DNA of 55,876 nucleotides from contig CANFTO010000002.1 in assembly GCA_947449945.1 (NCBI GenBank), positions 1 to 55,876 on the forward strand. The letters are read 5' to 3'. Shown piece by piece: positions 28,045 to 35,935 of this stretch; within the stretch, counting starts at the first letter, position 1; each line of letters starts with the position of its first letter. Under the pieces are notes generated by a model that ran no database searches, was not told the DNA's origin, and was given only the letters and a program-made list of their open reading frames with translations. The position numbers were made by a program, and so were the translations under genes. The DNA is from Actinomycetota bacterium. Its GTDB lineage: Bacteria > Actinomycetota > Actinomycetes > S36-B12.

Positions 28045-29198
28045 TGCTGTACTCCCATCACGAGTGCGTTCACGCTTTCAAGACGGCCACCAACAGACAC
28101 AACCATTGAAGTACCGGCATCGGCAATCTGACGGTTGCCACCCTGGCCGCGTAGCTGGGTAACTGCCTCAATTAGTGGGGTCGCACCCTGTAAGTAGAAC
28201 CCAGAAATTTGGCCACCGCCAGTATTTATTGGCAATGATCCGCCATGTCGCGTGTTTCCAGCCGCGATGAAGCTTCCTGCTTCCCCTGGCCCGACAACTC
28301 CCAACTCTTCCATCATGACCAGCGGAACGATCGTGAAAGCGTCGTAAATTTGAAGATTATCAATCGCGTCGACGGTCGTGCGTGCCTGCTTGAGCGCATC
28401 CGTAAACACCTCAGCAGCACCAACTGGGCGCCACGGAGAATGCGGTGCATGACGACGGCGCATAGTGTGACGCTGGGCCATGCCCCGAACGAATACCGGA
28501 TTCAGTGAATTCGATGAGTTCGGCTTGGAAACGATGAATGCCGCAGCGCCACTGACTGGTCGAGCGCAGTCAAGGCGACGAAGTGGAGCCGCGACAAGAG
28601 GTGCCTCATCATATTTTTCACGAGTCAGTGGTTCTCGAATCCAAGCAAGTGGATTCTCTACTGCCCATGAGCGCTGTGCTTGCGCAACAGCGAACAGGTC
28701 ATCGACACCTGCGTTGCGTTCGACAAAGTAGTGCTGTGCGATGAGGGCGTAAGCCGCTACTGCTCCGAGCATTCCTCCTGCACGTTCAAGTCCGCGGTAG
28801 CCAGTGTCTCCACCCATGCTTGCAAAGGCAGCTCCTGACGGAGCATTGGGCGAGATTGCTGCATCGGCGAAAACCACCACGATGTTGTCAGCTTCGCCAG
28901 CGTTGACCATGTCCGTTGCTTGCTTAAGCAACACCGACATCGTGGTGCCCTTTGACTCAAGTTCGTACAAAACCTTGAGCGTGCCAAAAGCTCCACGTCG
29001 CGAAAGATCTAGAGTGAGGTGATCGTCAGCAATCAGTTCATTTTGATTGATCAGCAACCCGTCGATTTCTCGAAGATCTAAACCAGCTTCTTGCGCAGCC
29101 ATTGAAATAGCTGACAGAGCATTGCCAGTTGCATCCGGGATTTCTTTCGGACCACAAATGACAACGCCCATCCCAGTGATGGCTGCGGATTGACTCAT
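28041..29198 (-). CDS. SCPx/Ltp-type thiolase-like protein (possibly a lyase rather than a thiolase)
   Basis: Thiolase-fold length and strings (ITGMG, LDCARPVSGAAAFIV, INTGGGQISGFYLQGATP). I cannot find a nucleophilic Cys motif at the expected position (ELESKGTTMSVLL). Confidence 0.75.
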   Translation of the reverse strand: MSQSAAITGMGVVICGPKEIPDATGNALSAISMAAQEAGLDLREIDGLLINQNELIADDHLTLDLSRRGAFGTLKVLYELESKGTTMSVLLKQATDMVNAGEADNIVVVFADAAISPNAPSGAAFASMGGDTGYRGLERAGGMLGAVAAYALIAQHYFVERNAGVDDLFAVAQAQRSWAVENPLAWIREPLTREKYDEAPLVAAPLRRLDCARPVSGAAAFIVSKPNSSNSLNPVFVRGMAQRHTMRRRHAPHSPWRPVGAAEVFTDALKQARTTVDAIDNLQIYDAFTIVPLVMMEELGVVGPGEAGSFIAAGNTRHGGSLPINTGGGQISGFYLQGATPLIEAVTQLRGQGGNRQIADAGTSMVVSVGGRLESVNALVMGVQQ

Positions 29199-29200
29199 AG

Positions 29201-30037
29201 CTACTTGCCTGCCTTGCTGAGGAAGTCAGTCGCAAGGGCGGTGAAATCAGCCGCGCGTTCGATCTGCACCCAGTGACCTGTATGTGGGAAAACATGAAGC
29301 TGCGCATCATCGATTGATTGCAACAACGTCATCGAACTTTCCAATGGGATGACCTGATCTTCTCGACCGTGAACCAACAACGTTGGATGTGCCACTCGAG
29401 CAAATTGCGATGGGTTCAGTGCCAGCAGTTCAATCCACTGCTGACGAGGTGCTGGGAAGAGAGACTCCCAGCGATCCTGTGCACCTTCTTTGATTGACGC
29501 TTGGTAACGCAATTCTCCAAGGTTTGCGGGCAACAGACTTCGGTCATACGTGAAGATCTCGAGGAGATTTTCCATTGCTTCAACCGATGGTTCATAACCC
29601 CACACGGCATCGAGACCGTCAGTCAGCTCAAAGGAAGCACCGACGCTGCCCATCAGCACAAGGCGATTAACCATCTCTGGATAGGTCGATGCAAACCAAA
29701 GTGCGAGCGCTCCGCCAAAGGAGTTGCCAATAATTGAAACCTTGGCTACACCGAGTTCATCAAGAAAGGTCTTGATATGGCGAACCCAGTCATCAGTGCG
29801 TGGAACGACGTTGCCATCGATTTCGGTGAAACCAAAACCTGCAACGTCAGGAGCAAGCACCCGGAACTGCTTTGCCAGCTCGGGCAAAATCAAACGCCAA
29901 TTTGCGTAGGCACTCACGCCAGGGCCTGATCCATGAATCAACAACACCACGTCACCTTCACCACCATCGTGATAATTGGTGGTGAAGGTGTCGTGACGAA
30001 GACTTAACCCAATTTCTGGGTTGGTTGGTGCATTCAC
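29201..30037 (-). CDS. meta-cleavage product (C-C bond) hydrolase, MhpC/BphD/HsaD type
   Basis: LLIHGSGPGVSAYANW, nucleophile elbow GNSFGG and C-terminal HTGHWVQIE are typical of MCP hydrolases. Confidence 0.85.
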   Translation of the reverse strand: MNAPTNPEIGLSLRHDTFTTNYHDGGEGDVVLLIHGSGPGVSAYANWRLILPELAKQFRVLAPDVAGFGFTEIDGNVVPRTDDWVRHIKTFLDELGVAKVSIIGNSFGGALALWFASTYPEMVNRLVLMGSVGASFELTDGLDAVWGYEPSVEAMENLLEIFTYDRSLLPANLGELRYQASIKEGAQDRWESLFPAPRQQWIELLALNPSQFARVAHPTLLVHGREDQVIPLESSMTLLQSIDDAQLHVFPHTGHWVQIERAADFTALATDFLSKAGK

Positions 30038-30603
30038 GAATTTGCCACAATCTGAGCATGTGATTCAAAGGCGCGAGCCATGTGCACAACTTCACTTGCA
30101 ACCATGCGGAGACCTTCTTCGGCGCCAGCCACTCCGGTTCCGCCTTCATCGGTTGCTGTGTTGACGACACAGCCATATGGCGTTGGCCATCCACGAAGCG
30201 CATGAACAATCATGCGAATCGTGGAGAGGGTGTTCACCGCTGCTTGGTAACCCTTAGCTACAGCGATGCTGCCAACGGGAATACCGGCAAAGTAGGAGCG
30301 CTCATCGCGCGCCATATCTTCCGTGTAATCCAATGCATTCTTGAGCATTCCAGAAATCGAGCCGTGATACGCCGCGGCAGAAATGATGATTCCGGAGGCC
30401 GCACGCATAGCCTCAACGAATTCCTTGGCTTCAGGAGTTCGATCCGGATCTGTTGGGTCATACATTGGCAACTTCTTCAACAGGTCACCTGAGAAAATCT
30501 TGACCTCTGCACCCTGTCGCTGTGCTTCATCCAGTGCTATGCGCAATGCGCCATCACTTGATGAAGTTGGACTCACTGTGCCGCCAATACCGACGATCAA
30601 CAT
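30034..30603 (-). CDS. NAD(P)H-dependent FMN reductase
   Basis: Flavodoxin-like fold. The N-terminus MLIVGIGGTVSPTSSS and the AAYHGSISG string fit the FMN_red family. Confidence 0.8.
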   Translation of the reverse strand: MLIVGIGGTVSPTSSSDGALRIALDEAQRQGAEVKIFSGDLLKKLPMYDPTDPDRTPEAKEFVEAMRAASGIIISAAAYHGSISGMLKNALDYTEDMARDERSYFAGIPVGSIAVAKGYQAAVNTLSTIRMIVHALRGWPTPYGCVVNTATDEGGTGVAGAEEGLRMVASEVVHMARAFESHAQIVANS

Positions 30604-30639
30604 AAACGTTTCTGCTTTCTTTGTGTTTTGCGGTTGAGA

Positions 30640-31800
30640 TCAGAATGATTTTCTAGAGTCGTAGTTCGCAATTGCTTGACGAACTGCATTCGCACCGAGC
30701 TCACGACCCTCATCGAGGAATTCGAAGAAGCCATTCTGTGAGTCAATCTTGCGCTTGCTTTGGCGATTGACCTCAGGGATAACGTACTCAGCAAAGAGTT
30801 CGAAGGAACGCTTGGTTGCCTCAGGGTTAGCCCACTCGTGACCCATGAGCATGTAGGTGCCGAAACCACCAGTTTGCTCCTGGAGGCGAAGAATCTGCTG
30901 AACAGCGTCATCTGGCGTACCGATGATGCCTGCACCTGATTCCTGAACCATTTGAATCGAGGTCTTGCCTTCTTGGTAACGGGAAGGCTTGTTAAGCGCA
31001 GCTGCCCACACTTCGGTGATTCGAAGCCACTGAGCAACCATCTCGTCCATGCCGTAGCCGACATCCTTTTCAGCCTGCTCACGCGTTTCAGCGATGTGCA
31101 TTGGGCCAACAAGGCGCCAGTTCTCGCGCTGTGGCTTTGGCTGACCGTAACGCTCTGCAGCTTCTTCTGCGATTGACATGTGATTTGCGAGTGCTGCGAA
31201 GCCACCTTCCGTGGTTGCAGCGGTTGAGATCATCGACAGGTTGTGCTTGCCGGCAAGTGCTGGTCCTGATGGTGAAACCACACACACGGTTGCGATTTCA
31301 AAATCGGTCATTGGCTTGAACTGCAGGATTGCTTCGTTCAATTCGAACCAGTCAGTCTTCATGGTTACTGGCTCATCTGTGCGCAGCAATTGCATGATCG
31401 CGTCAAGGCACTCTTCCATGCGGCGACGTTGGTCATTTGGGTGAATACCCATCATGAGTGCGTCTTGTGGCAATGCGCCTGGTCCAACGCCCATGAGCAA
31501 ACGGCCGTTGGTGAGGTGATCAAGCGTTGCATAACGCTCGGCGGTCAAGAATGGGTTGTGGTACGCGAGTGAAACGACGCCTGAGCCCAGAATGATGCGC
31601 TCTGTGCGACGTGCAGCAGCCGCGATGAATAGGTCAGGTGCAGGAATTAACTCCATACCGCCTGAGTGGTGCTCACCGAACACAACCTCATCGAAGCCCA
31701 AGTAATCCAGGTGCTCGATCAAGTCAAGGTCACGGTGCAATGCACGCGTGGTATTTGCCCTTGCCGAATGGAAAGGAGAAAGGAATAAACCGAATCTCAT
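30640..31800 (-). CDS. LLM-class (luciferase-like) flavin-dependent monooxygenase, LimB-like, copy B
   Basis: MRFGLFLSPFH...FGEHH...GVGPGALP...IIGTPDD...GGFGTY are TIM-barrel LLM strings. It is a paralogue of 34463-35662. Confidence 0.8.
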   Translation of the reverse strand: MRFGLFLSPFHSARANTTRALHRDLDLIEHLDYLGFDEVVFGEHHSGGMELIPAPDLFIAAAARRTERIILGSGVVSLAYHNPFLTAERYATLDHLTNGRLLMGVGPGALPQDALMMGIHPNDQRRRMEECLDAIMQLLRTDEPVTMKTDWFELNEAILQFKPMTDFEIATVCVVSPSGPALAGKHNLSMISTAATTEGGFAALANHMSIAEEAAERYGQPKPQRENWRLVGPMHIAETREQAEKDVGYGMDEMVAQWLRITEVWAAALNKPSRYQEGKTSIQMVQESGAGIIGTPDDAVQQILRLQEQTGGFGTYMLMGHEWANPEATKRSFELFAEYVIPEVNRQSKRKIDSQNGFFEFLDEGRELGANAVRQAIANYDSRKSF

Positions 31801-31846
31801 TGCGTGACACTCCTTTGTAGAGATGGAACTTTGCTGGCGTTGTTAC

Positions 31847-32716
31847 TCATTTGCTATTCCCGACTGCGCTCACCGCAACACCCATGCCGGTGATCCATTC
31901 AGGGATAGGTACATAGGTGAATCGACCAGCTGAGGCGCCTGCGGCTGCCCAGGCTGCGACCCACGTGCGAATTTCGTGCGTTCCTGAGCCCACCGAAGTG
32001 AGTTCAGGATCTTGATATTCGCGTAAAACAGACCAATTGCTGGTCGTTAAAGCCTCGAGGAACTTCTCATCCCATGGAGCGTTCACATACTTCGCTGCAT
32101 CCAGAACTGATTTGCGCGCAATCGCTTCGCGTTCTTCCGAAGGCAAAGCTCGCACTTCAGCGCTCATTGACGGCGGTTGATGTGAGAGGCCACCTGAGCC
32201 AAGGAACAACACCCGCTTATTGGTTGTTGCCATGAAGGCTCCAACAGCCTGAGCCAGATCAATTGCTCGTGAGACTGACGTACGTGGCATTGATGCGCAG
32301 TTCAACACGATGGGAATCACTGGGATTGCATCAAGTGCGCTGAATAACTGCATGAATGTTTGTCCGAAGCCATGATCGATACGAACCTCGCTACCAACAG
32401 CGACATCGAAATCATGACTCAACAGGTGCGCAGCTAGCTGGTCTGCGAGTTCAGCTGGAACCACATACGGATCTTCTGGGGTTCCCCAGTCACCGAATCC
32501 AATCGCCGATGTTGCAATCGTGATCGGTGGCACGATTCCCTGAAGCGCCCGGAAATGATCGGGCCCAAAGAACACTACGAGTTCAGGATCAAAGGCTTGA
32601 ATCGTTGCCTTGACTTCCTCGATTGCATGAAAGAAGGTCGCGCCAGCCTCGCCAGCATCAACATTATCCAACAACGGGCTATGCGAAGCACAAACGCTTA
32701 AGAACTTTGCACTCAT
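31847..32716 (-). CDS. mhpB: class III (LigB/MhpB-type) extradiol catechol dioxygenase
   Basis: CASHSPLL, FFGPDHF, RIDHGFGQ, LFLGSGGLSHQPP, THEIRTWVAA and IPEWITG are strings I associate with 2,3-dihydroxyphenylpropionate 1,2-dioxygenase-type enzymes. Confidence 0.85.
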   Translation of the reverse strand: MSAKFLSVCASHSPLLDNVDAGEAGATFFHAIEEVKATIQAFDPELVVFFGPDHFRALQGIVPPITIATSAIGFGDWGTPEDPYVVPAELADQLAAHLLSHDFDVAVGSEVRIDHGFGQTFMQLFSALDAIPVIPIVLNCASMPRTSVSRAIDLAQAVGAFMATTNKRVLFLGSGGLSHQPPSMSAEVRALPSEEREAIARKSVLDAAKYVNAPWDEKFLEALTTSNWSVLREYQDPELTSVGSGTHEIRTWVAAWAAAGASAGRFTYVPIPEWITGMGVAVSAVGNSK

Positions 32717-33591
32717 TGATGAGCCTCCACATATTCAGTGACGATCGCGTTGAACGATTCTGGTTGTTCCCACTGCGGCCAATGACCTGCATCGTCAATA
32801 ACTTTGAGTTCACCCTGTGGAGTGATTTCAGCAGCACGCTGGGCACCCTTGACTGATCCACCTGGATTGTGTTCGCCCCATAGGTACAACACCGGAACAC
32901 TGATCGATGCCAAGAGCTCAGGTGTCAGGCCAAACTTCACTCGCCCTGGTGAGTCATACGGAATCATCTGATGTAAAGCAGGGATGAGTTCGGGAGCACC
33001 TGGTTGTGAATACAACGCCAAGCGCAGGTCGACGAGTTCTTCTGGGCAACGATCAGTGTTGTGGAACAGGGTATGCAGACGATTGCGCACCGTGTCGCGA
33101 TTCAGTGTTGCTAATTCATCATTGGCTTTCTTCCAGGAATCACGATCTTTGGCCTCATTCGCCGGCTGACCTTCAGGCCAACGGAACACTGCACCAGTTG
33201 CATTCACAACACACGTCACTCGCTCAGGGCTTTCAATCGCTAACCATGAAGCTACCCAGGCACCAAGCGACAAACCTACGAAAGCGGCTTTCTTAATATC
33301 CATAACATCCATCAGGTCACGTACTTGTTGGACGTAATCTGGGATCAAGTAATCGATATCGGTTCGCTTATCGCTCAGACCATGTCCAACAAAGTCAAAG
33401 GCAATGACGTGGAAGTTTTTTGCTAATGCATTGAAGTTTTTTGCCCATGCTTCTGCGTGACCCCCTGTGCCATGAAGTAAGAAAATGGCAGGGCCACTTC
33501 CTGCTTCAATGCATCGGGTGCGAGTCCCCTTCGCATCTCGATACACCACTTCGGTGCCTAACATCATGTTCCACAATGTTGAATGACTCAT
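32713..33591 (-). CDS. alpha/beta hydrolase, second MCP-hydrolase-like enzyme
   Basis: FLLHGTGGHAEAW, nucleophile elbow GLSLGAW and C-terminal DAGHWPQWEQPE. It overlaps both neighbouring genes by 4 nt. Confidence 0.8.
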   Translation of the reverse strand: MSHSTLWNMMLGTEVVYRDAKGTRTRCIEAGSGPAIFLLHGTGGHAEAWAKNFNALAKNFHVIAFDFVGHGLSDKRTDIDYLIPDYVQQVRDLMDVMDIKKAAFVGLSLGAWVASWLAIESPERVTCVVNATGAVFRWPEGQPANEAKDRDSWKKANDELATLNRDTVRNRLHTLFHNTDRCPEELVDLRLALYSQPGAPELIPALHQMIPYDSPGRVKFGLTPELLASISVPVLYLWGEHNPGGSVKGAQRAAEITPQGELKVIDDAGHWPQWEQPESFNAIVTEYVEAHQ

Positions 33592-34454
33592 GCGGCAATC
33601 CCTGACAACACAGTGGTTTGATATTCCTCAATCCGGTCCGAGAAGGCATTGAGGTCACCATCCCAAACTGAAAGAAATACGCGATCGACGCCAATGTCAT
33701 TGAGCTCCTGCAACTGCTCAAGAGTTGCTGGAGCAACCATCGTGATTTCTATGTCACTTGGATTTTTACCAGTACGTTCGCATTCATCGGCAATTCGTTG
33801 CTTAACCTTGCGAACTTCATCAGCACTTGAGCGCATGAGATGCATACCCGCTCCAAAACGCACGGCGCGACGAACAGCTGCCTCAGAGATTCCACCAATG
33901 ACCAGTGGAATCGACTTCGTTTCGGGCTGCGGAGTGCAATACATATTTTCAAAACTGACGAATTCGCCCTTGAACGTGGCCGGCGATTGAGCCCAAAGAG
34001 CAGTCATCGCTTCGAGGTATTCATCTGCACGTGCACCTCTACGAGCAAACGGCACGCCCACCGCATCGAATTCTTCAGACAACCATCCAAGACCTAAGCC
34101 AAGGATGATGCGTCCGTTCGATAACCGATCCAAGGTTGCCATCTGCTTAGCAAGCACGACTGGATTGCGAATCGGAAGAATCACAACGCCGGTCGCCAAC
34201 TTGATTTTGCTTGTTGAAGCTGCGAGATAACTCATCCACACGATCGGATCAGGGAGATCGTCGTTGCCCGTGAGCCCCATTCTTCCGCTGGAATCAAATG
34301 GGTAGACAGAGTCGTACGAGGCAGGAACCACTACATGTTCCACCATCCACAGCGACTCACAATTATGAGCCTCTGCGATGGCACCAAGCTGCGCAACGTA
34401 GTCAGGGTCAGATGCACCCTTACCCGTTGGAACTCGAGATACCCCAAACTTCAT
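33588..34454 (-). CDS. LLM-class oxidoreductase, probably F420-dependent
   Basis: The 288-aa short LLM form carries strings (LWMVEHV, LDRLSNGRIILGLGLGW, PLVIGG) that are typical of actinobacterial F420-dependent LLM reductases. Confidence 0.65.
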   Translation of the reverse strand: MKFGVSRVPTGKGASDPDYVAQLGAIAEAHNCESLWMVEHVVVPASYDSVYPFDSSGRMGLTGNDDLPDPIVWMSYLAASTSKIKLATGVVILPIRNPVVLAKQMATLDRLSNGRIILGLGLGWLSEEFDAVGVPFARRGARADEYLEAMTALWAQSPATFKGEFVSFENMYCTPQPETKSIPLVIGGISEAAVRRAVRFGAGMHLMRSSADEVRKVKQRIADECERTGKNPSDIEITMVAPATLEQLQELNDIGVDRVFLSVWDGDLNAFSDRIEEYQTTVLSGIAA

Positions 34455-34462
34455 TGGACGAC

Positions 34463-35662
34463 CTACTCGCCACTCTTTGGCTTGTAGTTCGGATCAGCCG
34501 CGCGTTCATCAGCGAATTGCTGACGAGCCTTCTCGCGTGCTGCGAGCACCCCAGGAGTGAGATCCGGACGTCGCTGAATCGCGTACTCCTCTGCCTTGAT
34601 CATCCACTCGGTACTGCCGGTGAAGTGCGGAATCACTTCATTTGCGAACAGTTCATATGACTTCAAGGTGTTCACTCGATTGGCCCACTCATGTGCCCAG
34701 AGCAAATAGGTGCCGAAACCACCAGCTTGTTCATACAAGCGCTCAATCTGCGCGATGGCCATTTCCGGAGTGCCAATGATTGCGAAACCTGATGCGACCA
34801 GGGTCTTGGCCCATGAACCATCAACTAAACCTGATGCAGGGAGAATTGGCAGCGTGCTGACGTCCTTCATGTAGTACGCCCACTCTTGGATGCCTTGTTC
34901 AACATCTGCGTAAGCCTGCTCTTCAGTTTCAGCAAGGTACATCGGGCCAACCATGCGCCACTGGTCACGGGAAACAGGAGTGCCATAACGCTCTGCCTGC
35001 TCTTCCATAATGTCCCAGTGCTCGGCAAGCACGTTGAAGCCTGCTTGCTGGGTTGCATTCATGGACAGCAACGTTGCACCGAGGCGACCTGCAAGACGTG
35101 GACCGTTTGGCGAGATCGTTGCTGCGATCGCAACGTCAATGTCTTTGCCGTTGTATGGCTTGAGCTGCAATGCAGCGCCGTTGAGTTCGAACCAGTCGGT
35201 CTTCATTGTGACGCGCTCGCCACGAATAAGCGCCATGATGGCTTCAACTGACTGCTCCATCATTTCGCGCGTATTCAGCGTGCTGATGCCCATAGCTTCT
35301 GCGTCATATGGGAGTGCGCCTGGGCCGACACCCAACATGATGCGACCATGCGAAAGGTGGTCGAGCATCATGAAGCGCTCAGCCACGTTGAATGGGTGGT
35401 GGTAAGGAAGCGACACCACACCGGCCCCTAGTTTGATTCGTGTGGTGCGTGCAGCCACGTACGAAAGGAATACATCGGGAGACGCAACGAACTCCCAGCC
35501 TGTTGAGTGATGCTCACCCATCCAGGCCTCATCGAAACCAAGGCGATCCATGTGCTCAATGAGCTCAACATCGCGTTGGAGCGCGAGCGTTGGACTCTTG
35601 CGGCTTGAGTGCACTGGGGAAATGAATGTTCCGAACTTCATGCGGCCAGTTGGCTTCGACAT
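34463..35662 (-). CDS. LLM-class flavin-dependent monooxygenase, LimB-like, copy A (first gene of the operon)
   Basis: ATG preceded by AGGAG. MKFGTFISPVH...MGEHH...GVGPGALP...MKTDWFEL...IIGTPE...GGFGTY. Confidence 0.8.
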   Translation of the reverse strand: MSKPTGRMKFGTFISPVHSSRKSPTLALQRDVELIEHMDRLGFDEAWMGEHHSTGWEFVASPDVFLSYVAARTTRIKLGAGVVSLPYHHPFNVAERFMMLDHLSHGRIMLGVGPGALPYDAEAMGISTLNTREMMEQSVEAIMALIRGERVTMKTDWFELNGAALQLKPYNGKDIDVAIAATISPNGPRLAGRLGATLLSMNATQQAGFNVLAEHWDIMEEQAERYGTPVSRDQWRMVGPMYLAETEEQAYADVEQGIQEWAYYMKDVSTLPILPASGLVDGSWAKTLVASGFAIIGTPEMAIAQIERLYEQAGGFGTYLLWAHEWANRVNTLKSYELFANEVIPHFTGSTEWMIKAEEYAIQRRPDLTPGVLAAREKARQQFADERAADPNYKPKSGE

Positions 35663-35828
35663 GCCGGTATCTCCTAATTCGATGGTGACTGAGTGGTGCG
35701 AGAAAAGCGTGGGGTAATCCCTGACCTAATTCCGAGGCTGGCAAACGAAGGCAAAGCTCGGCGTTGCAAGGCAGCAACGAACACGTGCTCAACTCCCTTC
35801 GGACCAGCTCCGGAACGTGAACTTCGCC

Positions 35829-35845
35829 CGACAAAAGTTTTTTCG
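35829..35845. promoter_or_regulatory. candidate TetR operator (17-bp near-perfect palindrome) in the divergent control region
   Basis: In CGACAAAAGTTTTTTCG, 7 of 8 positions pair around a central G. A second, imperfect inverted repeat GTTCATTgagtGAATGGAAC lies at 35855-35874. Confidence 0.3.
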
Positions 35846-35935
35846 CCGACACTTGTTCATTGAGTGAATGGAACGTATGATCTCGCGCACGCGTTGTCAA
35901 TGGTTTTGCCCAACAAAGATGGAAGGGATGCGGTA

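Noticed and set aside
30597-31205. A 202-aa ORF on the same strand but out of frame, inside LLM monooxygenase B.
   Set aside because: The other frame (30640-31800) gives a full-length LLM protein paralogous to 34463-35662. The alternative translation has no family resemblance.
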